Part shown: positions 35,939 through 45,012 of the stretch, one piece after another | How the letters are laid out: each line of letters begins with the position of its first letter | How positions within the stretch are numbered: the first letter of the stretch is position 1 | From: Spirochaetaceae bacterium | GTDB taxonomy: Bacteria > Spirochaetota > Spirochaetia > DSM-27196 > SKKC01 | Assembly: GCA_046542845.1 (NCBI GenBank) | Contig: JBKHAN010000003.1 | Location: forward strand, 4,166-68,165 | Direction: 5' to 3' | Length of the DNA: 64,000 nt | Made by a program: the position numbers and the translations under genes | Notes under the pieces: model-generated | The model's input: only the letters and a program-made list of their open reading frames with translations | The model's database searches: none | Told to the model about the DNA's origin: nothing

Positions 35939-37012
35939 GTGGCGTGTGCATTGTGTGAAGTATTACCTACGCGACTCTCCGGTCCGCTCGATGTTTATAT
36001 TTCGGCGCCGCTCGCAACAGTCGAGGAGAGAATCAGAGCCGCATTTGCCGCCGAACAGATACAGGCGCAAGACCTGTTCAACGGAATACGGCGCTACCGT
36101 GTGTCGGCACAGACGCTTGAGACGGTTTGCAGTTCCGGGCTGTCATCCTTAAGCGACCGGGCAAAACGCGATACCCGGGCGCTGATCGTTACGCCCGATA
36201 CCAATCCAACCATCCGTAATCTTGTGCACATGAAATCCCTCGACGGCATGATCGCCGAAGTTGAGGGAGGTGGAATTATCGAGATGCTCGAGGCAAAGCG
36301 ACTCGAGACATGGTTTCAGCCGATCGTCTCGGTCGAAGACCGCAGCCTCTTTGCATACGAGTGTCTGAGCCGCGGGCGCGATGCCGAGGACAATATAATT
36401 CGCCCCGACCACATGTTCGGTGTCGCGCGGAGGTCGAATCTGCTCTACTACCTCGACCGTGACGCCCGGATCACGGCCATTCGCGGCGCCTCTCGCCTCG
36501 GCCTTGCGTCAAAGATCTTCATTAACTTCAACCCGGTCTCCATCTACTCGCCTGAGACCTGTCTTCAGACCACGATCGAGGAACTTGAGAGCTCGAATCT
36601 TGATGCTGACCAGGTTGTGTTTGAGATCGTGGAAAGCGATCGCGTCCGCGATATCGGCCAGCTCACCGCTATACTCGACCATTACCGTTCGCGTAACTTC
36701 AAGGTGGCACTCGACGATCTCGGGGCGGGATTCAATTCCCTGACCTCGCTCGACAAGCTCCGCCCCGACTACATGAAACTCGATCTTGAACTCACGCGGA
36801 ACGTAGACTCGGATCCTTACAAGGCGCGAATCTGCGAAAACCTGCTCGCGCTCGCAGACAAACTTGGAGTTGAATCGATCGTCGAGGGTATAGAAACGCC
36901 CGACGAATACCGATGGATTCGCGATCACGGGGCGAAGTACGTACAGGGATATCTGATCGCCAGACCTGCACCGGAACCACCGGAGCCGGACTACTCGTGG
37001 ATGCTGACCTGA
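35939..37012 (+). CDS. EAL-domain protein (putative c-di-GMP phosphodiesterase) with uncharacterised N-terminal ~110 aa
   Basis: GTG start. EAL-domain signatures are FQPIVSVEDRSLFAYECLSRG, IFINFNP, FEIVES, ALDDLGAGFNSL, MKLDLEL, VEGIE and VQGYLIARP. Confidence 0.85.
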   Translation: MACALCEVLPTRLSGPLDVYISAPLATVEERIRAAFAAEQIQAQDLFNGIRRYRVSAQTLETVCSSGLSSLSDRAKRDTRALIVTPDTNPTIRNLVHMKSLDGMIAEVEGGGIIEMLEAKRLETWFQPIVSVEDRSLFAYECLSRGRDAEDNIIRPDHMFGVARRSNLLYYLDRDARITAIRGASRLGLASKIFINFNPVSIYSPETCLQTTIEELESSNLDADQVVFEIVESDRVRDIGQLTAILDHYRSRNFKVALDDLGAGFNSLTSLDKLRPDYMKLDLELTRNVDSDPYKARICENLLALADKLGVESIVEGIETPDEYRWIRDHGAKYVQGYLIARPAPEPPEPDYSWMLT

Positions 37013-38062
37013 TCAGCGTGTTCGCTGATGCGGGGGGGCGGCGGCTGAAGCTCGTGTACTGATATGGGTCGGCAGAACAAGCCTGCGATACTTCCGGTTT
37101 TCCGCGGTGTCCGAGAGGCGCTCGACGAGGAGCGAGACCGCCGCCGATCCCATGCCCGCGGCCGGCAACGCGACGGTCGTGAGCGCCGGGTTCATGTATC
37201 TGCTCAGGTAATCGTCGTCAAACCCGACCACCGAAATGTCGTCGGGCACCACAACCCCGGCCTCCCGACACGCGAGCAATGCACCATATGCGACCACGTC
37301 GTTACCGGCAAATACCGCCGTCGGACGCTCATCCACGGCAAGGAGCTCGATCATGGCATCGTGGCCGGAAAATTCGGAAAAGTCTGCATACCGCACGAGG
37401 GTTGTGTCGAACGCCAGCCCCGCTTCGTCAAGCGCGTCCTGGTATCCGGCCAGGCGTGCCGCCGAGGCGGTGAAGGAAAGCGCTGCGTGCGTAATCATCC
37501 CGATCCGTGTGTGCCCGAGCCCGATCAGGTACCTCACGACGTCCCGCGCGGCTCCACGGTTGTCCACGAACACCTGATCAACGTCATAGTTGGTACCCAG
37601 GTCGTCGAGACTCACAAGCGGGATGCGGGCGTCAATAAGCTGTGAAAGCGCTGCATCGTCTGCCTGTGTGTTGATAAGAATAATCCCGTCGAGTTTGTCC
37701 TGCCGTGCGAGATCGACGTAACTGCCTGAAAAGCTCTGTGAAATCGGTTGAATTATCAGCTGGACCCGATAGCGATTCACTGCCTGCGACATGCCCTCAA
37801 TGGTTCTCACGATGAATGCGTCCGTGTACACATACTGGGTATGGCGGACGTACAGACCAACTTTCTGACGCCGCGTCATCGCGACCCGCCGCGCGCGCTC
37901 ATCCGGCGTGTACCCGAGGTCCTGCATGGCCGCTAACACGCGTTGCCGGGTATCTTCGGAAATGTTCTTACCAGGCGTGTTGTTAACGACGAAAGACACA
38001 GTCGTTCTCGAGACCCCAGCCTTCTGAGCCACATCTGCTGCTGAGACGCGTTTCTGTTCCAT
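37013..38062 (-). CDS. LacI-family transcriptional regulator
   Basis: ATG at 38062 (MEQKRVSAADVAQKAGVSRTTVSFVVNN, a LacI HTH). The periplasmic-binding-protein-like core ends ...FDDDYLSRYMNPALTTV. It is the last gene of the ABC operon. Confidence 0.9.
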   Translation of the reverse strand: MEQKRVSAADVAQKAGVSRTTVSFVVNNTPGKNISEDTRQRVLAAMQDLGYTPDERARRVAMTRRQKVGLYVRHTQYVYTDAFIVRTIEGMSQAVNRYRVQLIIQPISQSFSGSYVDLARQDKLDGIILINTQADDAALSQLIDARIPLVSLDDLGTNYDVDQVFVDNRGAARDVVRYLIGLGHTRIGMITHAALSFTASAARLAGYQDALDEAGLAFDTTLVRYADFSEFSGHDAMIELLAVDERPTAVFAGNDVVAYGALLACREAGVVVPDDISVVGFDDDYLSRYMNPALTTVALPAAGMGSAAVSLLVERLSDTAENRKYRRLVLPTHISTRASAAAPPHQRTR

Positions 38063-38132
38063 AGTCGAGGCTTGTCCTTGTAGCGACTGTCGGTGAGCCG
38101 GCGTAAACCGGCCCACTCCCATGGTTGGTATG

Positions 38133-39089
38133 TCAGCCCTTTACCGAACCGGCCATCATACCCCTTACAAAATATCGCTGCATCGAGAAAAAGATAATCA
38201 GTGGGACGATCATGGTAACAAAGGCGCCGGCGGTGAGTACGTGCCAGTCCTGACCACGGCTCCCGACAAGTTCGGCGAGACGCGTCGTCACAATGGGTCT
38301 GCGGGTACCGAAGAACACGAGCGCTACGAGCAGATCATTCCAGACCCAGAGGAACTGAAAAATGGCAAAGGACGCGATAGCGGGCACCGACAGCGGCAGG
38401 ATCAGGCGCGTAAAGAGCATCCACGGTGTTGCACCGTCGGCGTACGCGGACTCGAGTATGGATTTCGGAATACCGGAAATGTATCCGTACATTATGTAGG
38501 TCGCCAGCGGCAGCCCAAAGCCGGTATGCGCAAGCCACATCCCGACGAACGTACCACTGATGTCGTTTGCCGTATACACGCGCAAAACGGGTATCAAGGC
38601 CATCTGCAGGGGAACGATCAGAAGTCCGACTATAAGCACAAAAAGAAACTGTCGTGCCGGAAATTTCATCCACGCGACCGCGTAGGCGGCGAACGCCGCC
38701 ATGGTAATCGGGATAACGGTGGCAGGCAGTGTAATCAGGACGGAATTGAAAAAGGCACCGGCCATCCCGTCGGCATTGAGAACGCGATCGTAGTTTGCGA
38801 GCGTCCAGTCACCGAAATCGGTGAAGTTGAGCAGGCCCGCCCACCATCCCGACTCCTGTATTGCAGATTCCGTTCTGAAACTCGAGACGAGCAAGCCGAG
38901 CGTCGGAAGCGTCCAGATAGCGAGTATAATTATGACAAATAAGCGGACCGGTATACCGCCGATAACTCGCCTCGCTTTCATTGACCCCAGAAACGAACCA
39001 CGCGTTCCGGCTGCGTTTCGAAGGTCGTCTTCCCGTGCGGCGAGCCCCGCCGCGTGTTCCTGTTGTGTTCTTGTGGTGTTCTCTGCCAT
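38133..39089 (-). CDS. ABC sugar-transporter permease (MalG-like)
   Basis: 318 aa with 6 TM helices and a CUT1 permease pattern, including an EAA-like loop (ESAYADGATPWMLFTRLILP). Confidence 0.9.
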   Translation of the reverse strand: MAENTTRTQQEHAAGLAAREDDLRNAAGTRGSFLGSMKARRVIGGIPVRLFVIIILAIWTLPTLGLLVSSFRTESAIQESGWWAGLLNFTDFGDWTLANYDRVLNADGMAGAFFNSVLITLPATVIPITMAAFAAYAVAWMKFPARQFLFVLIVGLLIVPLQMALIPVLRVYTANDISGTFVGMWLAHTGFGLPLATYIMYGYISGIPKSILESAYADGATPWMLFTRLILPLSVPAIASFAIFQFLWVWNDLLVALVFFGTRRPIVTTRLAELVGSRGQDWHVLTAGAFVTMIVPLIIFFSMQRYFVRGMMAGSVKG

Positions 39090-39098
39090 GGGATCCTC

Positions 39099-40202
39099 CT
39101 AAAAACTCTTCTCGCGCATGGATCTGACGTTCTGTATCAGAAGCGGAATGACCACAATAAACAGAAACACCGCAAGAGCACTTCCACGGCCGAAGTTTCT
39201 AAACGCAAATGCTTCCTGATACATACGCAGCGCGACGATATTGGTACCGTGTTGTCCGCTCGTCATAACGTATACGACGTCGAAAATCTTGAGCACCAGA
39301 AACAGTATTGTCGTACCGACGGTGAGTATGGTGCCCGAAATATAGGGGATCGTGACGTTAAAGAAGCTGCGAACTTCATTCGCTCCGTCGATTCGGGCGG
39401 CTTCAAGCAGATCCTTGGGTACACCCTTTACGGCCGCGCTCAGTATGACCATTGCGAAGCCGGTCTGAAGCCACACCATTATGAACATGAGCAGGAAGTT
39501 GTTCCACGGCCGAACAGTGATCCACGCGACCGGGTCGGCCCCGAAAAACGTAATAATGGCGTTCAGAAGACCGATCTGTGCAAGACCGGGCGGTCGATAC
39601 GCGTAGACAAAGCGCCAGATTACGCTCGCGCCGACAAAGGAAATGGCCATCGGCAGGAAAATGAGCGACTTTACGACCTTTTCGCTTGTTACGCTGAACC
39701 GGTCGGTTATGACGGCAATCAGAAGTCCGAGCGACGTTGACACGGCGGGTACCAGAAATACCCAGAGCACCGTATTAATCAACACTCGCTGCATTGCGGA
39801 ACTCTGGAATATGAACAAATAGTTGTCGATCCCGACAAACTCTCCCCGTTCGAAAAAACTGAGCCATAGCGTGTTCATACTTGGCCAGATCAGGAAAAAA
39901 CCGAGGGTTGCGAGTGCGGGGCCAATAAAGACCCACGGAAGTACGCGATCGCGTGTCCGTTCGGGCAGCACCTCGGCGAGGCCGTTCAGCGAGAAATACA
40001 GCGCCCATACTCCGCCGACACCAATCAGCAGGGCGGTCAGCGCTACCACGATCCGCGGGGCGGTTGCCGCGTTGTCTCGAAGGTACACAAACCCGCCTCC
40101 AAGCACGACTACCGTGACAACCATAGACACGATTGACAGGGTAATCCTGACAGGGACGGTATCAAGTCGCTCAGAGAATGTTGGTTTCGTTACGTCACTC
40201 AT
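39099..40202 (-). CDS. ABC sugar-transporter permease (MalF-like)
   Basis: 367 aa with extra N-terminal TM helices and the loop EAARIDGANEVRSFFNVTIP. Confidence 0.9.
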   Translation of the reverse strand: MSDVTKPTFSERLDTVPVRITLSIVSMVVTVVVLGGGFVYLRDNAATAPRIVVALTALLIGVGGVWALYFSLNGLAEVLPERTRDRVLPWVFIGPALATLGFFLIWPSMNTLWLSFFERGEFVGIDNYLFIFQSSAMQRVLINTVLWVFLVPAVSTSLGLLIAVITDRFSVTSEKVVKSLIFLPMAISFVGASVIWRFVYAYRPPGLAQIGLLNAIITFFGADPVAWITVRPWNNFLLMFIMVWLQTGFAMVILSAAVKGVPKDLLEAARIDGANEVRSFFNVTIPYISGTILTVGTTILFLVLKIFDVVYVMTSGQHGTNIVALRMYQEAFAFRNFGRGSALAVFLFIVVIPLLIQNVRSMREKSF

Positions 40203-40290
40203 TCATTTCCACCTTTCCCTCGTGTGATTACACACACATAGTTCCAACATTAATACCACGACACGAGGCCCGCGGCCTTGGAAGAAACTC

Positions 40291-40327
40291 CAAAAAAAGG
40301 CGCGACAGACAAACTGCCGCGCCTTTA
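40291..40327 (-). terminator. Intra-operon rho-independent terminator/attenuator after the binding-protein gene
   Basis: On the minus strand: GGCGCG-13 nt-CGCGCC followed by TTTTTTT (plus-strand A run 40292-40298). It lies 24 nt after the binding-protein stop and before the first permease gene. Confidence 0.6.
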
Positions 40328-40350
40328 TTACGCGCTAGGCTTGACGCGCA

Positions 40351-41682
40351 TCAGTCGGGATATGCCTCGTCGATTTCGGGAAGTGTCGAGTCAATATCCT
40401 CTCCGGACACGATGTCTACCATGCCGGTCCAGAAGCTCCCTGCTCCAACGGAACCCGGCATAAGGTCTGACGCGTCAAATCGGACGATGTCGGCGTTTGT
40501 AAGAATCTCTGCATATCCCTGGTCAAGTTCGGGATACCAATCAAGATTCGCGTCTTCGTGCGGTGAGACAAAACCGCCCTGCTCGAGCCAGCCGCGCGTA
40601 CTCTCACCATGTGCAAGATAGCGCATGACCGCACGAACTTCGGGACGATCTTCCATGGGGCTCATGATGTCACCGGCGGTCAGCACGGGGCTGCCCATGT
40701 CCGGATCGATCGGCGGCAGATAGAAGAAGTTGACGTCTCCGTCGGGTCCGATATCGGTGCCGTCGGGCATGAAACCGGTAATGAAACTGGCCTGGCGGTG
40801 CATAAGCGCCTGCGGAGGATCAGCAACCAGCGGTGCAGGCCCGTCGCCAAACGGCACGGTCAGGATACTATCCGTGCCACCAAGGACGTAGTCCTCGTTC
40901 AGCCAGATTTCCAGCATTATGTCGAGCGCTTCGCGGAACTCGGGGCTGTCGAATTGCAGCTCACCAGCAACCCATTCGTCGTAAACCTCGGGAGGATGTA
41001 TGCGGAGCATTATGTCCTCGATCCAGTCGGTTGCGACCCAGCCGGTAGCTCCGGCGCTTTCCATGGAAATCGACCACGGGCTGTACCCGTCTTCGACCAT
41101 CTGATCCGAGAGGTCGAGAAGTTCGTCCCAGGTCTCGGGGATCTCATAGCCCTCTTCCTCGAATACCGCAGGTGGATACCAGACAAGGCTCTTGACGCTC
41201 GCACGGTACCAGACACCGGCGACTTCATCGTCCACCATGCTGTCTGCAATCCAGCCCTCATTGTACTGCTGCTCAAGGAATGACATGTCAAACCAGTCGA
41301 GTACGTTCAGAATATAGCCCTCGCTGTGAAGGTCTCTCATGAGACCCGGCTGCGGGAACGCTGCGATGTCCGGTGGATCTCCACCCTCGGTTCGAACGGT
41401 AATGAGCTGCTCGAAGTCTCCGGAACCCTCGTAGACGACGCGGATTCCCGTTTCTTCCATGAACGGCTCCATCGCGGTACGGAATCGCTCGGCGTCGGTG
41501 TCGACAAATGCACCGAAAATGTTGACTTCAGTTCCGGACAGGTCTTCCCCGTCGGTCCAGGGATTTCCAGTGGGGTCTGTTGCTTCGATAGCCTCTTCGG
41601 CAGAACCACCGCCAAAGAGAACCGGCGCGGTAAAGGCCATAAGGACCAGTACAGCGAGAAATAGCTTCGCTACATGTTTCAT
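40351..41682 (-). CDS. ABC transporter extracellular sugar-binding protein (family 1)
   Basis: 443 aa with a signal peptide (LFLAVLVLMAFTAPVLFG). It is an acidic, Trp-rich CUT1-type binding protein with a GAGGAGG RBS. Confidence 0.85.
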   Translation of the reverse strand: MKHVAKLFLAVLVLMAFTAPVLFGGGSAEEAIEATDPTGNPWTDGEDLSGTEVNIFGAFVDTDAERFRTAMEPFMEETGIRVVYEGSGDFEQLITVRTEGGDPPDIAAFPQPGLMRDLHSEGYILNVLDWFDMSFLEQQYNEGWIADSMVDDEVAGVWYRASVKSLVWYPPAVFEEEGYEIPETWDELLDLSDQMVEDGYSPWSISMESAGATGWVATDWIEDIMLRIHPPEVYDEWVAGELQFDSPEFREALDIMLEIWLNEDYVLGGTDSILTVPFGDGPAPLVADPPQALMHRQASFITGFMPDGTDIGPDGDVNFFYLPPIDPDMGSPVLTAGDIMSPMEDRPEVRAVMRYLAHGESTRGWLEQGGFVSPHEDANLDWYPELDQGYAEILTNADIVRFDASDLMPGSVGAGSFWTGMVDIVSGEDIDSTLPEIDEAYPD

Positions 41683-41721
41683 GCAGATAGCCTCCTCAAA
41701 AGAGTGTGTGATTACCCGGTC

Positions 41722-41769
41722 TTAGTAACCGGGAGCACGCGTACGCGTTACTAACGTCTGCGTTACTAA
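41722..41769. promoter_or_regulatory. Candidate LacI-type operator cluster upstream of the binding-protein gene
   Basis: There is a perfect 12-nt palindrome ACGCGTACGCGT (41737-41748). GCGTTACTAA occurs twice (41745-41754 and 41760-41769), with an inverted copy TTAGTAAC at 41722-41729. Confidence 0.3.
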
Positions 41770-41845
41770 TTACATAGTAAGGGGTGAAAATGAGTCCTGG
41801 CAAGAAAAAACAGCGGTTTATACAAAGAAAAGCGCCGGAAACGCG

Positions 41846-41866
41846 AAAAAGGCCGTGCCGCCGGCC
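41846..41866 (-). terminator. Weak candidate terminator after htrA
   Basis: On the minus strand: GGCCG-6 nt-CGGCC followed by TTTTT, 35 nt after the htrA stop. Confidence 0.3.
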
Positions 41867-41900
41867 ATGCGAGGACCGACAGCACAGGCTGCATTGAGGG

Positions 41901-43472
41901 TCAACCGTCGAGCCCGCCAATTCCGAGCGACAGCTCTGCCTGTCCCCGGAGAATGCGGAACGTGACTTCCCGTCCTGCCTCGGCGAGACGCGCATAGAAG
42001 TCCTGAATGTCGTCCACCGCGGCGCCGTCGACGCGCGTGATCACGTCTCCTTCTCGCACCCCTGCGTGCCCCGCCGGCGACCGCTGCTCCACATCAACGA
42101 CCACCACGCCGTCCATCGACTCGGACTCCGGAAGCGGGAACACGGTGAACCCGGGCCACAACCCGTCGGCAGCTTCGACGACGTCGGCGCGTCGGCGTTC
42201 GGTTGTCACGCGTATGCGGACCTCCCGACCGTCGCGAAGAATCAGGAACTCCGTCTCGTCGCCGGGTTCCAGGTTGCCTACAGCGCGACTGGTATCTCTT
42301 CCGTCGGTAACAGCCCGGTCACCGACCTGCATAATCAGGTCTCCGGGTCTGATCCCGGCCCCCGCAGCCGGAGAACCGCGCCACACGTTCGTCACGAGCG
42401 CGCCCTCCCGGTCTGCGATGTCGAGAGACTCAAACAGGGGCTCGAGAGCCTCGTTCGACGTATCGGCAAGGCTGACACCGAGCCACCCGAAGACAACCTC
42501 ACCTTCCTCCAGAAAATCGTCAATTGCCCTGAGCGCCTGATCGATAGGAATCGCAAACCCGAGCCCGACACTGCCGCCGCCCTGCGAGGCTATCCAGGTG
42601 TTGATGCCGATCACCTCACCGCTCGTGCTCACGAGCGCGCCGCCGGAGTTACCGGGGTTAATCGCAGCGTCGGTCTGTATATAGTCGGTAAAGTCGGCGA
42701 CACCCGACCGGGGATCCGCCTGTCGCCCGATGGCGCTGACTATCCCCGCGGTGACCGAACTTTCAAATCCGAAGGGATTCCCCATCGCCAGAACCCAGTC
42801 TCCGACATGAAGACTGTCGGAGTCGCCAAGCTCGGCTACGGGTAGTTGCGTTTCGGTTTCTATGCTCAGAAGAGCCAGATCAAGCCGTGGTTCGGAGCCG
42901 ACAAGTTCCGCTTCAAACTCGCGTCCGTCGTACAACCCGACGGTGATCTCGGTCGCATTGGCTACGACGTGGTCGTTCGTCAGGACGTACACAACTCCGG
43001 GATCCTGCCGGACAATGACCCCGGATCCGAGTCCCGGCCGCCTGAACTCCTGTTCACCGGGCGGCTGCATGTCCCAGGGATTAAAGAAATAATCAAATGG
43101 TGAACGATTCTGAGGAGCCTGTCTGCGCACAACGGATACCGTCGATATTTCCACAACGGATGGAAGCACGGCATCCGCAACATCACGAAAGCTACCGGGT
43201 CCGTTGGCAAAGCCACCGGAACCATCGGACGTTGAATCCGGCATGCTGCCGGGTGGATACCCCTGAACCCTTCGCTCAAGGGCACGAGCACCCGACGGAG
43301 TTTCCGGCGAACCGGACACCTGCAGAACGCTACCGGAAGAAACGAGTTCCGCCTCGACCCTGTCCGCGATCTGGTCCAGGGCAAGGAATCGACCACTCAC
43401 GACACCGGCTGCATAGCCAATGAACAGCAGTAAAAGAATGCTACTTGAATACTTCCAGTACTTCGATTTCAT
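41901..43472 (-). CDS. htrA: HtrA/DegP/DegQ-family periplasmic serine protease with two PDZ domains
   Basis: 523 aa. It has TNDHVV (His), a catalytic Ser in GNSGGALV, and two PDZ-like repeats (GAGIRPGDLIMQV; HAGVREGDVITRV). Confidence 0.9.
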   Translation of the reverse strand: MKSKYWKYSSSILLLLFIGYAAGVVSGRFLALDQIADRVEAELVSSGSVLQVSGSPETPSGARALERRVQGYPPGSMPDSTSDGSGGFANGPGSFRDVADAVLPSVVEISTVSVVRRQAPQNRSPFDYFFNPWDMQPPGEQEFRRPGLGSGVIVRQDPGVVYVLTNDHVVANATEITVGLYDGREFEAELVGSEPRLDLALLSIETETQLPVAELGDSDSLHVGDWVLAMGNPFGFESSVTAGIVSAIGRQADPRSGVADFTDYIQTDAAINPGNSGGALVSTSGEVIGINTWIASQGGGSVGLGFAIPIDQALRAIDDFLEEGEVVFGWLGVSLADTSNEALEPLFESLDIADREGALVTNVWRGSPAAGAGIRPGDLIMQVGDRAVTDGRDTSRAVGNLEPGDETEFLILRDGREVRIRVTTERRRADVVEAADGLWPGFTVFPLPESESMDGVVVVDVEQRSPAGHAGVREGDVITRVDGAAVDDIQDFYARLAEAGREVTFRILRGQAELSLGIGGLDG

Positions 43473-43574
43473 ATTAACCTCCGAAATCGATATATGTGTT
43501 TATCTGTAACAATGGTAATAACGAAACCGTTTTTTGGGGAGCATATTACAGAATTGTCATCGCTCCCGGGTCGC

Positions 43575-43603
43575 TTGCCGCCGGCCGATCCCGACAGTAT
43601 GAT
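43575..43603 (+). promoter_or_regulatory. Candidate sigma70-type promoter for the yihY-like gene
   Basis: TTGCCG (43575-43580), a 17-nt spacer, then TATGAT (43598-43603). An AAGGA RBS is at 43612-43616. Confidence 0.3.
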
Positions 43604-43620
43604 CAAAATGTAAGGAACAC

Positions 43621-44613
43621 ATGACGCTATTCGACAAACTCCCCGAAACGAAAGCCGCTCGAAAGATAATCGACGTTTCGCGTCGAATCTCCATCCCCGG
43701 GTTTAACGGGCTTTCATTGTTCGAGGTGGGACGTTTTTTTGCCATCGGTATGCGCAACGGCGCGATTACAACGCGGGGGTCGAGCATAGCCTTCCGCATC
43801 TTCCTGAGCATTTTCCCCGCCGTGCTCTTTCTGATTACGCTCATACCCTACATCCCGATACCGGATTTCCAGGAAACCCTTCTCGTGCTTATAAGCGGCG
43901 CCCTGCCCGCTGAAGTAACGGACCTCGTAGAGGATACGTTCCGGGATCTGCTTGTGAGCCAGAACGCGGGTCTGCTCTCTGCAACCCTGCTGCTCTCGTT
44001 GTATACGGCGACACGGAGCATGCTCGGGATAATTCGCTCCTTCGACGCGAGCTACCACGATTTCGCCACACACCCCCGCCCCATGAAATGGCTCGTCAGC
44101 ATCGGGCTTGTCGGTCTGCTGTTCGGACTCATTATCGTCGCGAGCATCCTTCAGATCGCCGGTGCTGCGGTGATCTCGTTTATCGGAGGGCTTGGCATCC
44201 TCCCTGACGGACCGGTTGTGCTCGTCATCAGCGCCGGACGCCTGCTCTTCGCCGCTGCCCTGGTGCTCACCGGGGTGTCGGCGATTTACTACTGGGCGCC
44301 GGCGGCGAGCGCGCGGAGCAGGTTCGCCTCGCCAGGATCGCTCCTGGCCACCGTAGCAATTGCCGTGGTAAACGGCGCGTTCAACTTCTACGTTGAGAAT
44401 CTGAGTAACTGGAACGCTATATACGGTACCCTGGGTACGGTAGTGATGCTTCAGCTGTGGCTGTACGCGGTGAGTATCGTGCTCCTGATCGGCTTCGAGC
44501 TGAACGTCAGTATATCCGAAGCCGGGGCGAGCGGTTCGCCGTCGGATGTGCTTGAGGCCCGGGAACACGAGAACGTCGAAAAAACCCTCGGGCACCGGCC
44601 ACACGATCGTTAA
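43621..44613 (+). CDS. YihY/BrkB-family membrane protein
   Basis: 330 aa. The N-terminus is AFRIFLSIFPAVLFLITLIPYIP, there are about 6 TM helices, and the family-typical end is LQLWLYAVSIVLLIGFELN. Confidence 0.85.
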   Translation: MTLFDKLPETKAARKIIDVSRRISIPGFNGLSLFEVGRFFAIGMRNGAITTRGSSIAFRIFLSIFPAVLFLITLIPYIPIPDFQETLLVLISGALPAEVTDLVEDTFRDLLVSQNAGLLSATLLLSLYTATRSMLGIIRSFDASYHDFATHPRPMKWLVSIGLVGLLFGLIIVASILQIAGAAVISFIGGLGILPDGPVVLVISAGRLLFAAALVLTGVSAIYYWAPAASARSRFASPGSLLATVAIAVVNGAFNFYVENLSNWNAIYGTLGTVVMLQLWLYAVSIVLLIGFELNVSISEAGASGSPSDVLEAREHENVEKTLGHRPHDR

Positions 44614-44923
44614 TCTCCTGGACATACTCGGCAATGCGCCCCCGGCGACTCCGGTCCACCCGAAAGACAAGGACGACTGCATGCGTTCCCGGGACCATGG
44701 GCCGACAGGTCACCGTCAGAACAGGATTGGTGAACAAACGCCCGGCACGTGCCGATCGAAGCACCATATTCGCCAGACGCAGGCTTGTCGGGCCACCGGG
44801 ACGCGAGAGAACGAGCGCGTCGGGTTCGAGGGAGAGGCGGTACTCGCGCAAAGGGGGCACCGGCTCGGGGTGCCCGTCGACGCGAACCAGGCGGCAGGCC
44901 AGCGATTCAATCACAGCTCCCAC
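44507..44923 (-). CDS. Hypothetical protein
   Basis: 138-aa ORF whose first ~100 codons look coding. The last ~35 codons overlap the 3' end of the convergent yihY-like gene by 107 nt, so the true C-terminus is doubtful. Confidence 0.35.
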   Translation of the reverse strand: MGAVIESLACRLVRVDGHPEPVPPLREYRLSLEPDALVLSRPGGPTSLRLANMVLRSARAGRLFTNPVLTVTCRPMVPGTHAVVLVFRVDRSRRGRIAEYVQEINDRVAGARGFFRRSRVPGPQAHPTANRSPRLRIY

Positions 44924-45012
44924 GGTATCACAACACGGGAACCGGCGTCTCGTGGAATCTCTGAAGGCTTTCTTCTATACTATAAAGCAATGACACAGGC
45001 CATGGAGGGCGT

